A DNA stretch of 64,000 bases from Hormiphora californensis (taxonomy: Eukaryota > Animalia > Ctenophora): assembly GCA_020137815.1 (NCBI GenBank), contig CM035362.1, positions 1,178,001 through 1,242,000 of the forward strand, in the 5' to 3' direction. The notes under the pieces were generated by a model that was given only the letters and a program-made list of their open reading frames with translations, made no database searches and was not told the DNA's origin. The position numbers were made by a program, and so were the translations under genes. Positions within the stretch are counted from its first letter, which is position 1; every line of letters begins with the position of its first letter. This document shows positions 50,469 to 63,400 of this stretch, in pieces.

Positions 50469-52751
50469 CTAATGAATTAATTCGATAAATTGGTAACCAA
50501 GGTACAGATGTACTGGAAGAATGACATTGAATATTTAATATTTACCTTTTTGTCTTTAGATTGATTCCTCCTTTACTCGGGCCTTGTTGGTAACTCCGTA
50601 AAATATCGTTTTATCATACTACTGCATGTATGACACTAGAACAAGGATAATATCGGGTTATAGCGTGAAATGGACGATTTACAAAAAAAACAAATGAATA
50701 ATTTAAGATATAAAACTTTAGAAAGCAGCATAAAAATAGCCCCGGCCCCACGGCACAGACCTAACTACCAAACTTGTTACATATCATCAACAAAGGCATA
50801 ACAAAACAAGACAAACACTCAGTTTAATCAAACTGTGTATGTTTGAGTATTGAGGCAGTGTGTCAATTTGCAAACACGCTAACACACAAAGAGAAAGAGA
50901 GATAGGTCGATATTATTCAATCGCCTCAGTTGGATATGCAATAATGAGACACAGTTCATCTTCTCTATTCAAGAATCAGAATCGATTAAAGAATAGCACG
51001 AGACAAGCTTCTCACCATACACATACAGACTCGGTCGCTTCTTCTTCTATAAAAGTGTGTAAACCTACTATTGCTATAGAACTGTGTACATTCTAAAGTG
51101 TGTGTCTACCACCACGAGCAAAAAGGCGGCGGATAAATGTTTTGCCAAAAAAGGGCACAACTCATGAGCGACTTTCTAGACGAAGTTACAGACTCTATCT
51201 AATATCACCCTTTATTTGTTGTTGACCTATAATAACGAAGTAAATAGTAAGTTGAAGGCAGCTGTTGATGTTCTTGGAGGGGCGTGTAAAACAAACGCTT
51301 GAGTAATTTCACAGATCCACGTCTACTCTGTCATAGATTTGCGTACACACGTGTCAAAATAAGCAAGCCCTAACAGTTAGGCCGGGCGTTTCTGAATTTA
51401 TTTCACCGAGGCTTCAAATTTAACTTCTAATTTTCATGCCACTTTTCTTTAAATTTTCTTTAGTCTTCAGTTGTTTCGAATAACAAACTCGTATCAACGA
51501 TAGCAAATTCAAATCGTTTGCCACAGCATCGAAAAGATTTGTAAAGAACATGGAACCCACATGGAAATTTGTATTTTAGCATCTGATTGTGTTATTGGGA
51601 TTTCTTGTTTGTAGAATGAAAAAAAAAACAGAACGACAGGCACAGTGCACCAGAATTTTAAGGGGAGAGCGCTCCCATAACTAGTCCTTGATACTGAGAA
51701 TTATCAGCTGTACAGAAGTCAGAAATGGATGCTCTGTGCTAATTTTACGAAAAATATCACAAAGAATAATACATCATAACAAGGTGCACCAGGTGCGTGG
51801 AAGTTTGGGGGAAATTGTATTGAATGATATCTGATCAAGATTAAATAGTGAAGAAAAAAAAGAAAAATGTCTGGCGAGGGCCGGGCTGAGCCCGGCCATC
51901 GCCAGACATTGTTCTACCCCAACGACAGCTACCCCAACGACAGTTTAACTAAATTTTCCCGCGGTATATCCATCGTGTTCCTATAGTTAAGCCTTTAGGC
52001 CTTTAGGGAAGAATGGTAGAATTAACTCAATTCAATTGATCGACCAATTTTCATTAACTTTTAGCCTATTCGCTAAAATTAACGTTTTTAGGAGCTATCA
52101 TGTGTTCTCAAACCAGAGGGAAGAACTACCTCTACATGGCAGTGGACTGAGAGCCGTGAGGTAGTGAGCAGATTTCTAACTTAGTAAACAGGGTGTGAAC
52201 TGCATGTCGTGTTTGCTAGTCGCGAGCGCGCTTGCGAGACAAGCAAACACGTCTAGGTTCATTAACAAGCATGCTGCTCAGTCATTTTAGATTTAATACA
52301 CAATGTAAGGATACCATGTAATAGGTGAGACTCTTGCCGTCACCCTCGTTCAAGTCCCGTGAAAAACGGAGCAGTACACGCAAACTGATGCCCATTTTCC
52401 TCGCGTGACCCCGATTCAGCAGTTTGAGACACCAACTCTTTAGGGGGCCATATCTCAGGAACCAGACAAGATAGGAAAAATCGCCGTCTAACGAGGCGTA
52501 CAGTTTTTAATCTAGTTTACCACTGTACCGGCCGTTTCACTCTCCGACCTAAAACAAAAATCGCAACCCCACAAAACTTCAAAATAATGAAATTCGCATC
52601 TCGCATGTCGTGTTGCATGTCGTGTTGCATGTCGTGTCATGTTATTGACGCGCTCGCGTTCAACTCTCACACAGCAGCTGCAGAACATGGCGGGAAACAT
52701 CGAGGAGTAGAGAGAGGGTCGGTGCCGAATCAAATATTTCTTGATCTTGAT

Positions 52752-53340
52752 CTACTCCATCTCTCAGCTATCCTACCCCTCATCAACTCGATCTCTCAGC
52801 TACCCTACCCCTCATCTACTCCATCTTTCAGCTACCCTACCCCTCATCTACTCCATCTTTCAGCTACCCTACCCCTTATCTAGTCCATCTCTCAGCTACC
52901 CTACTCCTCATCTACTCCATCTCTCAGCTTCCCTATTAGGGAAGCATAGAGATGGAAACGATTAGGGGTAGGGAATCCCTATCCATAATCGTTTCCATCT
53001 CTATGCTTCCCTAGCCCTCATCAACTCCATCTTTCAGCTACCCTACCCCTAATCTAGTCCATCTCTCCGCTACCCTACTCCTCATCTACTCCATCTCAGC
53101 TACCCTACCTCCCTTACTCCTCTCCACTACCCTACCTCCCTTACTCCACTCTCAGCTCCACTCCCATTTACTCCATTTGTTACCTACCCCCATTTCCATA
53201 TTCAGCTTCCTACTGCCATTACTCCATCTCTCAGTACCCTACTCCCTTTACTCCATCCTCATCTACCCTTTTCCCCCATTTATCCATCTCTCAGCTTCCC
53301 CCTTTTCCTCCCTTTACTAACCCTTTCCATTCTCAGCTTC
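52752..53340. repeat. 32-bp C/T-rich minisatellite, decaying rightwards, with an embedded 77-bp hairpin
   Basis: CTACTCCATCT(C/T)TCAGCTACCCTACCCCTCAT units; hairpin at 52937-53013. Confidence 0.85.
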
Positions 53341-56139
53341 CACACTGCCGCAACATACTTCTTCTTCGCAGGACTTCTAGCTTCTCCTCACTGTGTGGAT
53401 GGTAGGTTATATTGGAAATCGTGGAAAGTATGGCATCAACATGACTGATGGAATAGTTTGATCAGGATTTAGCCGCGGTTTATTTATATCAGTGACGCAG
53501 TGACGCATGGTATACACACAATACCTGTAAGGAGCGGCTTCTTTTGGGACTACTAGGAGCACCACATTCTCTACATACACCTTGGTAGGGGCAGTCCATA
53601 GGGCCTTCCAGGGGATCTGAGAGGGGGGATTGGGTCACAGTTCTGATTTCGATAGGGGTGGCTCACATTTTGAGTCTCAGGAAGAGAAGTGTAGAAAAAG
53701 GACTAATAGAATATTAGTGCTGAGGGAATGGACGAACAAGCAAACCCATGTCAGCTATTGTGACACATCCTCTGTGTACCGCATAGAATATGCAAAAGCA
53801 ATTGACAATTACGCACAGACAGACAGACAGATAGACAAACAGACAGACAGACAGACATACAAAGTAATAGATTTATGGCATGTGTGAATAACTCATTACC
53901 AATAAATTGACTTGATAGAATCTTGGTTTCATTGTTCACACCAATAGTGTTGGAGGGTGCGATATGATATACTACCCCACCAGCCTCCACCATCTCCAAA
54001 TATGACTTGATAGAACTTTATAGCAAATTACTAATAAAATGTCATGATAAATTAATGAAACGTGGTATCGAGATGACTTGTAAATGGGATGGTATTTTGA
54101 TGTGTCACTATACTATGCATCTTATTTAATTGATTATTTAATTGTTGGGTAATTACAGTGACATTGCGTAACAAAGAGTAGTGTGCATTGTTCTACGTAT
54201 ACACAGATCTAGCGAAAGGTCAAAAGTAAACACACAGTAGCTGTCAATAGAAGCCAGCAGTATATTCAATTCAATACACGCCAGTAGTATATTCAATTCA
54301 ATACACTACATGCCAGTATACGCAATAGTTAATTCCAAGACTGTACAATGATTAACACACCTGTAGTTCGAGTGATCCAATAAGGCCAGTGTGTACAAAA
54401 ACAGGTAGATCAAGTTTAGCTAGGGCTTCTGATTTTAACCGCAGGTTCTTCAGCACAACTTTGCCTGATGGAAACATCAAATAATTAGATATGAGTTGAT
54501 CTTCAAGTTAGATTTATTGGCATGTTTTATATCCCCACTACTATTAGATCAATATCATCTCAGATTAGTTACAGGGTGGTCCAGGAAGTTATATCTAGAA
54601 AGTGGCTCCCTGAAGCACCCTGTATAATAATCACATACCACTCCATACGGCTAGTTTCAGATCTTTGCTGTTGATATCCTGAACGAACTCGCCAAGGGCC
54701 TTGTCTAGTACCGTCTCTAGCACCCTCTCAAACATCTAATGAATTAATTCGATAAATTGATAACCAAGGTACAGATGTACTGGAAGAATGACATTGAATA
54801 TTTAATATTTACCTTTGGTCTTTAGATTGATTCCTCCTTTACTCGGGCCTTGTTGGTAACTCCGTAAAATATCGTTTTATCATACTACTGCATGTATGAC
54901 ACTAGAACAAGGATATATCGGGTTATAGTGTGAAATGGACGATTTACAAAAATAACAAATGAATAATTTAAGATATAAAACTTTAGAAAGCAGCATAAAA
55001 ATAGCCCCGGCCCCACGGCACAGACCTAACTACCAAACTTGTTACATATCATCAACAGAAGGCATAACAAAACAAGACAAACACACGGTTTAATCAAACT
55101 GTGTATGTTTGAGTATTGAGGCAGTGTGTCAATTTGCAAACACGCTAACACACAAAGAGAAAGAGAGATAGGTCGATATTATTCAATCGCCTCAGTTGGA
55201 TATGCAATAATGAGACACAGTTCATCTTCTCTATTCAAGAATCAGAATCGATTAAAGAATAGCACGAGACAAGCTTCTCACCATACACATACAGACTCGG
55301 TCGCTTCTTCTTCTATAAAAGTGTGTAAACCTACTATTGCTATAGATCTGTGTACATTCTAAAGTGTGTGTCTACCACCACGAGCAAAAAGGCGGCGGAT
55401 AAACGTCTTGCCAAAAAAGGCACAACTCATGAGCGACTTTAGACGAAGTTACATAGTCCATATAATATCACCCTTTATACTTTTATATATACTTTGTTGT
55501 TAACCTATAACGAAGTAAATGGTAAGTTGAAGGCAGTTGTTCTTGGAGGGGCGTGTAAAACAAACGCTTGAGTAATTTCACAGATCCACGTCTACTCTAG
55601 CTTAGATTTGCCGCAGACACTAGACAGCGTACACGTGTATCAAAATAAGCAAGCCCTAACAGTTAGGCCGGGCGTTTCTGAGTTTATTTCACCGGGGCTT
55701 CAAATTAAATTTCTAATTTTCATGCCAATTTTCTTTAGATTTTCTTTAGTCTTCAGTCGGATCTGGTTTCAAATAACAGACTCATATCAACGATAGCAAA
55801 TTCAAGTCGTTTACCGCATTATTGAAGAGCTATGTAAAGAACATGTAGCATCTGATTATGTTATTGGGATTTCTGTTTGTAGAATGAAAAAAAAACAGCA
55901 TGACACACGCGGTGCACAAGATTTTTTAAGGGGAGAATAGTAGGCTCCCGTAACTAGTTCTTGATACGAGAATTCTCAGCTGTACAGAAATGGATGGACG
56001 GGCAGGGAAAAATATCACAAATAATAAGACACTATAACACGGTGCACCATAAGGAGGTAAGCGTGGAAGTTTGGTGGAAATTATATTGAATGAGATCTGA
56101 TCATCAGGATTAAATAGGGAAGAAAAATAGAAAAATGTC

Positions 56140-56209
56140 TGGCACGGGCCGGGCTCGAACCGATACCCTTTGGGTTTCGCAATCCATTCTTCTACCATTG
56201 AGCTACCCC
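56140..56209 (-). pseudogene. tRNA-derived pseudogene or SINE head
   Basis: GGGGTAGCTCAATGGTAGA (A box) ... GGTTCGAGCCC (B box) ... GCCA, followed by T-runs; acceptor stem does not pair. Confidence 0.55.
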
Positions 56210-56387
56210 AACGACAGTTTAACTAAATTTTCTCGCTGTATATTCATCGTGTTCCTATAGTTAAGCCTTTATAAGGAAGAATGGTAGAATTGACTCAACG
56301 AATAATTTTCGTTAATTTTCAGCCCGTTCACTAAAAATTGACGTTTTTAGGAGCTATCATATGCCCTATAACCAGAGGGAACAACTA

Positions 56388-56506
56388 AAGTCCGTTTCAA
56401 GCGACTTGACCCGTAATTCTTGGAATTTGGCGCATTGCGCGTGTATTTACAAAGGGGAAATCCTGAATTTCCAGGAATCTCAGGTCAAGTCGTTTGAAAC
56501 GCACTT
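56388..56506. mobile_element. 119-bp MITE, TA TSD (copy 2, inverted); empty site visible in the paralogous segment
   Basis: CAAC-TA[MITE]TA-CCTCTAC here versus GAAC-TA-CCTCTAC at about 52123-52135. Confidence 0.9.
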
Positions 56507-57580
56507 TACCTCTACAGGCCAGTGGACTGTGAGGCTCACGGTGTGAGCTGTTGCCCGTTAGGCAGTACGCAAATTTCTCAAAACGGGAACAAAATTTTGT
56601 TTTTGGTTTTTATTGGCATACGTTGCAGGCCCCTTATAATATAATATAAGGGGCCTGGAGGGAATACCGCGCTGGGGGGGAATACATAATCAATCATATC
56701 TCCGGTTCCAGATAAGGTACAGAAATCGTTTTGGTAGCGTTGGAAAGAGGAAGATAAGAGCTTTCAAATGCAACCAGTTTCAGGTCTCTATCTTATCAGG
56801 AACAGGAGATATGAACCAAACTCCGCAAAATCGAGTGCGGTAAAATCGAAATTTGAATGAAATTTAAAAAAGGTGTCCCTGCAGGAATCTGTGACGTCAC
56901 TTTTTGAAAACAACCCATCTTCCAACGGCAATTGCTCAGCCTCCTTAAGTCCAATTAACTTCTCTCAAAAACAGGAAGGTAGATAATCGTCAGATCTAAC
57001 AGCTGGTGAAAGAATCAAGTCAAACGGACTTCAGGAGCCAAAGTTATAAGCACCGCCGTTTTTTCGACCGCAAAGTTATCTTCGACCCAGCCGGGCTCAG
57101 GCCAAACGCGCGCGCGGCATTCCCTCCAGTCCCCTCGTTGCGGGGGTGCGCGCATGAGGGGGCTGCAGCGCATTCCAATGGTTTTTAAAAAAAGGAGGAA
57201 AGTTGAAAAAAACAAGCAAGCTCACCTGCGCGGCGCGGCACTGCATTTTAAATTTGTCACGTAACGCGCAGAATATTATTTGTAACGCTGCATTTTGTAG
57301 AGTCATATTGAGCGCGCGCTTCATAATTCCTCCGAAAAGAGTGTAAAATGTCGCGTTGGATGAGTGTTAGTACTCTAAACTCCAAATCTCTCCCCGTGTC
57401 TGATAACACTTCTTCTCTCAATTGGCGGGCCCTTCCTCGCACCCTCCCACATCCTTGGTATCGAAGACACCTCACACTCTGTTTAATCGCGGCCTTCGTT
57501 TGGTGCGCTTTGCGCGCCGGCAAGGGAGGGGTAACTTCGTTACCAACCCACATCCCTTATTATTCTTGTTTTAGTGAACT

Positions 57581-59992
57581 ATGCTCGACGAGAGTCCCTT
57601 GCAACTCTCGCCTCTGTTCAGCGTCTCTTCAGACCCTGATCAACCATGTACACCGTGTGGCCCCATCTCCTGGTCCACCACGAACATTCTCGCTTTCACT
57701 TCCATCAACCGGTCATCCCGAATGCAGGAGAACAGTAAATTAGCCAGTTCTGTGTTGTATGTGCTGCACTTTGTACACCCTGAGGTTCCATGGGAGTATA
57801 CTACTAATGGGACACATCACACGTGTGATATTGAATCGCTGAGGTTCGATGGGAAGGGTGTCTTGCTCTTTGTGATTGATCGGAAATCTGTGGTCTCCAT
57901 TTGGTCCATGAAGGATGGAATAGTGAACGACTGGCAGATTGTTCAAACTACTGAAATCCCTGAAGCCCACTATTACAGAATCGATACACAGCCCATTGTT
58001 ACTAGCTCCTGGTCTAACGTTAGATTAAACTACCACAGAATCAACTGGAATGTACGGGCTGAAGATGTAACATCTCTTTGGACAAAGAAATTCAGTAAAT
58101 GTGGACCATCTTCCTTCCTTAAATCTAAAAGTCTTGAAACCTGTGTAATATCAGTCTCAACCCGGGGTCTTCTCTCCTTTGTGACTCCTAACAAGCCTGC
58201 TAGAACCACCTATCTCCCAATAACTAGTGTCCAATGTGCCGATGTGGTAGTTCCTGAAGTTGACACTGTCGATGTAGCGCTAGTTGACAACCAGTGTACT
58301 CTGAGGCTCTATACTGTTTCGACTGCTGAGCTTGGAAACATTAATAACAGTATAAAGTTGCTAAGGGTTGTTGAACTTGCTTCACCCACCGCTGCTCGGG
58401 TGTTGGCGATCAAATTTGACCGATTTCTGACATCAGATTCGGACTTTTTCGCAGTTATTACAGAGGAAGGAAAGGCCCGGGCTGAAAAATGGAAGTTAGC
58501 ACAGAGGCCTGTCACACTTAACTCAGCCCTTCAAACTACAGGTGAACTGGGAACTAAGTTACTTTGGGAGAAAGAGCATTCACTCCCCCTTCACTCTGAA
58601 AATGAGAACCCTCTTCCCTCCAATGCCACTCTCTCCGTTCCTCTTCTCTCGTATGGTGACTCACCATGTCACATGGGCAGGGCCGTTCTTGTTTCCTCTC
58701 CTGAGCACGGCACAGTCGTCCTGGACAGATCCACTTTGAAACTACTAGAAGAGAGAAAGGAAGATACACACGTCACGTTCTCTCCCGCTGCATGCTGCCT
58801 CGCGTCCCTCACCCCCACTGCACTGTCCCTCTACGCGTTCCGAGGCAGTATTGCACCACCCACTGACCCTCAGCAGGCACCCCAGCAGACCACTCCCCAG
58901 GAGGGGGAGAATGAGACAATTTGGTTGTCTTCTGTCCTGGAGCACTGCATTCTAAACAACTGGGACTTTTGGGAGCTGTTAGCAGTGGCATGTAAACGAG
59001 AGGACGCTCTGAGCACGCTGGAACTAACCTTCAACCGATCATTTGATAGCCAGAACAGGGAAATACGGCAGCTGTATTTTAGTAGAATCATGGGAATCAA
59101 GACATCTCTTTACAAGCTCCAACCATCTTACGCTCACTGGCCAAAACAGATCTGGTGTTCACAGTTCCTGGGTTGTCTGACTGAGAAACTCCGTTCTCTC
59201 CTACCCCCGGAAACATCCCTTCCTGCCCCAGTGGACCTGGATTTGAACAGTTGGGTATCCCACCTAGATACAAGACAATACACTGTATCAGAACAAGTCC
59301 TCATCTCACATCAACCCTTCTTTCAATGGATCCTAGACTACGCTCAGCTGATAGCGCTCTGTGTAATGCCCCATGCTCGGACCCACTCCTCCTATAGGAC
59401 TCTAGTAACGGACAGTAAATCTCTCCACAATTTGCGAGATGTACTGGGTATGATCAAGATTTGGAGTACTTTGTCGCCCCGGTGTGCTCCAGTGATACCA
59501 GGTCCTGATCATGATATAGCAGGGATTTTCAGGATTGTAGCCCAACTTGTGAAACAGTTCCCCGGTAAAACTGCCTGTGATGTTCCTGATTCTGAGTTTG
59601 ATAAGGTTCAATTGTACCAGCAGGAGCTGACCGTCATCCCCAGTGTGATGACATCATCACTTTGTGACGTCATGGCATCCTCTAAACCAGTAATGTACAC
59701 AATGCAGACCGAGCCAAACACCCTCAAATGTGCTAAAATCCTAGCTGACAGACCGGTGGTTCCTGTTGCTAAATCCAACTCAGTGCTAAACTGCCATGAT
59801 AGAGACATGCTAAGGAACACTGTGCTGCCTGCCCATGTGGTTCATGTGAAACAGGACCACCTGAAGGTGTGTGTGGTATGTGGGTGTTCCACCTCCATCG
59901 CACCACCCCAGACCCACATACAGTGGTGGGGCAGATGGAAGAATACTTGTGTGTGCGGGGGAAGCTGGAGAAAACCCAGTGTGCTAGCTTGA
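57581..59992 (+). CDS. MED16: Mediator of RNA polymerase II transcription subunit 16, single coding exon
   Basis: ISWSTTNILAFTS, HPEVPWE, IWSMKDGIVNDW (N-terminal propeller), LEHCILNNWDFWELL, LKVCVVCGC...WWGRWKNTCVCGGSW (C-terminal Cys cluster); 803-aa ORF. Confidence 0.88.
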   Translation: MLDESPLQLSPLFSVSSDPDQPCTPCGPISWSTTNILAFTSINRSSRMQENSKLASSVLYVLHFVHPEVPWEYTTNGTHHTCDIESLRFDGKGVLLFVIDRKSVVSIWSMKDGIVNDWQIVQTTEIPEAHYYRIDTQPIVTSSWSNVRLNYHRINWNVRAEDVTSLWTKKFSKCGPSSFLKSKSLETCVISVSTRGLLSFVTPNKPARTTYLPITSVQCADVVVPEVDTVDVALVDNQCTLRLYTVSTAELGNINNSIKLLRVVELASPTAARVLAIKFDRFLTSDSDFFAVITEEGKARAEKWKLAQRPVTLNSALQTTGELGTKLLWEKEHSLPLHSENENPLPSNATLSVPLLSYGDSPCHMGRAVLVSSPEHGTVVLDRSTLKLLEERKEDTHVTFSPAACCLASLTPTALSLYAFRGSIAPPTDPQQAPQQTTPQEGENETIWLSSVLEHCILNNWDFWELLAVACKREDALSTLELTFNRSFDSQNREIRQLYFSRIMGIKTSLYKLQPSYAHWPKQIWCSQFLGCLTEKLRSLLPPETSLPAPVDLDLNSWVSHLDTRQYTVSEQVLISHQPFFQWILDYAQLIALCVMPHARTHSSYRTLVTDSKSLHNLRDVLGMIKIWSTLSPRCAPVIPGPDHDIAGIFRIVAQLVKQFPGKTACDVPDSEFDKVQLYQQELTVIPSVMTSSLCDVMASSKPVMYTMQTEPNTLKCAKILADRPVVPVAKSNSVLNCHDRDMLRNTVLPAHVVHVKQDHLKVCVVCGCSTSIAPPQTHIQWWGRWKNTCVCGGSWRKPSVLA

Positions 59993-60411
59993 AGTGGTGA
60001 GAGAGTTTAGAATTGTGAATATTTTTGATACTTTTGAGAGATGAGTGATCTTGAGAAAAGTATTAAGTTATTGATGTTTTATTTGTGTGTGCTTGATTGA
60101 AATTTATTTTTGACAGTGATTCACTGTAACTGCCCTTTTAAAATACAGCATTTATCAAATCACCCTCCCCCCTCAGCCCTCAGGGCTCCCCCCTATTTTC
60201 AAGATCAAACCATCTCACTATATTATTCTAAAGGGTCTAAGATAGTGAAAGTCCAACTTCTTTCTGCCCCCATTCTCCTCTATAACCATAACTTATTCAT
60301 GCTATTGCTAATATATTCTTCCCATTCTAGCAAGGTTTATCATTATTGAAAACAGTCAAACAACTACCAGAGATACCCACTATTACACACAGTTACTACA
60401 TCAGATATATA

Positions 60412-63400
60412 ATGCCGCTTACTCGGGCCACCACCAGATCCACCACTTCTACCAAGGTACATTGAGGTTGGAGTAGTGGCTATTTAAACAGAGTGGGCCG
60501 GGTCATGTCAGGAAGAGGGGTCATGAGATTTGGTTCACTCACCTCTAATATATGGCGGGTAGATTACTTTACGAATGGTGAAATGGCGGGCATATTCATA
60601 TTGATGAGGGCCCGGTAAAAAAAGTGAACTAGAGCTCTCATGTAATTTGATATGCCCCTGCAGCAGCAACACTAATTCCCACACACACACACGTCAGACA
60701 TGTGAAAAGGGAGGGGGGTTCTTGGCATTAATCCAGCACTGTCAGTCCCGGAGTTAGCTTAGCTCAAGTTTCATTTTTCACACACTGTGATTTTCTAAAA
60801 CCATCTGTCATTTCCCACTTTTTCTGTTTCCCTCAATGTTTCTTTGTCATCCATCTCAGAAGATTTGCTGCTTGGTAGCACACGTCTACACTGTCATTAC
60901 ATATCTCCCTTATCGCAAGAGTATGCTGTTATCTTTTAGATATGTGATCCAAGATTTAAGAAGCACAATTCCACTAATATCTCTCACCGGCCACTCTCAT
61001 CACACATCCAATAAGAATATGAGAGTCTCTTGAGATATATATGATGTATAATGAGTCTCATAATAAGACCCTGACCCTAACTTCTCCTCCCCTCCCAGAT
61101 TCCCTCTACCTCTGGAATCCCCAAGCCAACTAGCAGGAAGAGAGCCATGGTCTCCCCTGGGCCTCACAAGCACTGCAACGCCAACAAAAGAACTGCTCTT
61201 GGAGATATCACCAATGTAAGTTATCCTTCTCAACCCCCTTATATTGTCTATCCCCTTCTCACCCCTTATATTTTCTATCCCCGTTTCGTCTCTCATTCCT
61301 TATTTCTCGGGCCAGCCACCACCCCATCCCCTATCTCTAATCACATCTCCACTCCCAACAGGGTATTGCTGAGGAGATCCAGCAGGGAGGTAAGGGTAAG
61401 ATGGCCAAGAAACCAGCATTCGCCATATTCGAGGAGAAAGCCCCGGCACAAAAACCAACAGCAACTAAACAGTTAGAGTAAGTGTTCTGTTATTTAGCAA
61501 TGAGTTGGCCCAAATACTCTATTTATGGAGCTCTAGTATGAATATATGAAAAAGAAAGATGTCTTCAGTGGAGCTAAACCTTCTAAAACCTTCTTTGTTT
61601 CAGTACCAAGAAATCAAAATTATCAGAGCGAACAGTTCTCTCGGAACAAAAACAGTCTCCCAAAGTAAGTCCCTAATTTCGTTTATTCCTAATTCTGTCC
61701 CATTTCTACCTCGGCTGGGGGGGGGGGACATGTTAATTGTTAATAAATCACCTCTTTTTTTCGATTTTGTTAATTAACGTTAATTAACAAAATTAACAAA
61801 ATTAACAAATGCTAAAAGACTGTTCTTATTGGTTAATAATACGACTTTAACTGGTTTAATTTTATAGTTTAATGAATTATCTAACACATATATACCCAAA
61901 CAAGGCCTTTTCCGATAACCAAAGTCCGACATACAGGTTTTTTGGCTCAAAATCGATAAAATTCCAAAAGTTACAAATATTTCAATTTAGCGTATAAAAT
62001 CTCACTTTAACGTAATTTTTAAATTGGTAATCGATTCTTTGGACGTAATAAGATGATGTACAACGTTTCTGTTGAAAAAAGAAATAAAATTTTCCCAAAA
62101 TCAATTTTTTGGTCAAGGATTGAAAATTTGCTTCGCTACAAATCCTTGTGTTTTTTTAGAAAAATTGATTTTTGGGATGTTTTTCGTTTTAAGGTAAATT
62201 CATGAGTCTTATTTAGTTTTTAGGGTGCGAAAATGTGGATTAGTGTCATTTGACTTCAATTGCGGTTTAGTTTGGCTAGTATTTATTAACATTTACAAAA
62301 TGGAATAAATCGCTGTAGAAAAGCCGTAGTAGAGGTAGTAGGGGTATGTAAATCGTACAGAATGAACAACTTTGCTCGCAGAACAAGTGTTAAATACTAA
62401 AAATACGTGCTAAAGGGGATTTAGATGGCATAAATGGCATTTGTTAACGTTTGTTAACTTTTTGTTAATTTGTTAATAAATCACCTGTTTTCTCGATGTT
62501 AATATTAACAAAGTTAACAAAATTAACATGTCCCCCCCCCCCTCGGCTGCCTTTAGCATTATACTCTAGCCTTTCAAAACAAGATCTTGTTTGCAGTGTC
62601 TGTGTGTATCATGTATTGTTCGGGGTGTGACGTGTATAGCTGTGTTTTGTATGTTTTGGCGCGTTACTGCCCCAGCTCTCTCTCTTGCAAGTTAGCCCGC
62701 CCAATTTTAAGTGCGCTCCCGGTGTGCAAGCAATTAATACACACACCACCACCGCTAACGGTCCCCTGCCTCTCCCCTAAACAGGATTTGGGATACAGAG
62801 ATATTGATGCAGAGATCACAGATCCCGCCTTGTCACCAGAGTATGCTAATGATATCTTCATCAATCTGAAAGAACGGGAACTTCACTTTTCTGTTGGAGA
62901 TTACATGCCCAGACAGACTGACTTGAATATCACTATGAGAGCCATTCTCATTGATTGGCTTGTTGAGGTTTGTTATTGACCTGTTTTTTGTTGTGTTAAT
63001 CCCGCCCAATTTAGTTCACCAATCTCCTAGGACTCTCCATCCCCGTACTATACACACTGAAATGCTGAACATGCGCACTTTGTAGCATTCTTCACTCTTA
63101 AACCTATGAAAGTTGTGCATTGTAAGCACGACTGCTGCGCGCAACGCGCTCCCAACCCTTCAGCGGGATGCATTCGAAAATTTGGTGGGAACCGATGCGT
63201 GTGTGTGTGCAGTTTTTGTGTGTTCCAATGTTCAATGTTTACATTTCAGGTGCAAGAGACGTTCGAGCTGTTCCATGAGACACTGTACCTGGCAGTCAGA
63301 ATGGTTGACAGGTATCTGGATCTGAAGGAATGCAAGAAAATGAACCTTCAATTGCTTGGTGTCACAGCTCTATTTCTAGCGTCCAAAATGGAGGTATGTG

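Larger units (their letters stand above)
53342..56545 (-). other. Direct duplicate of the VPS13 5' region (coding exons 1-3, degraded part of exon 4, upstream DNA); paralogous to about 49085-52160
   Basis: Second ATG TTT GAG AGG at 54733-54735; exons 1-3 intact; scattered SNPs and indels; left end deletion-riddled. Real duplication or uncollapsed haplotype. Confidence 0.85.

Noticed and set aside
56140-56209. Functional tRNA gene
   Set aside because: Acceptor stem cannot pair, the anticodon stem is poor, and the paralogous copy is disrupted; kept only as pseudogene/SINE.
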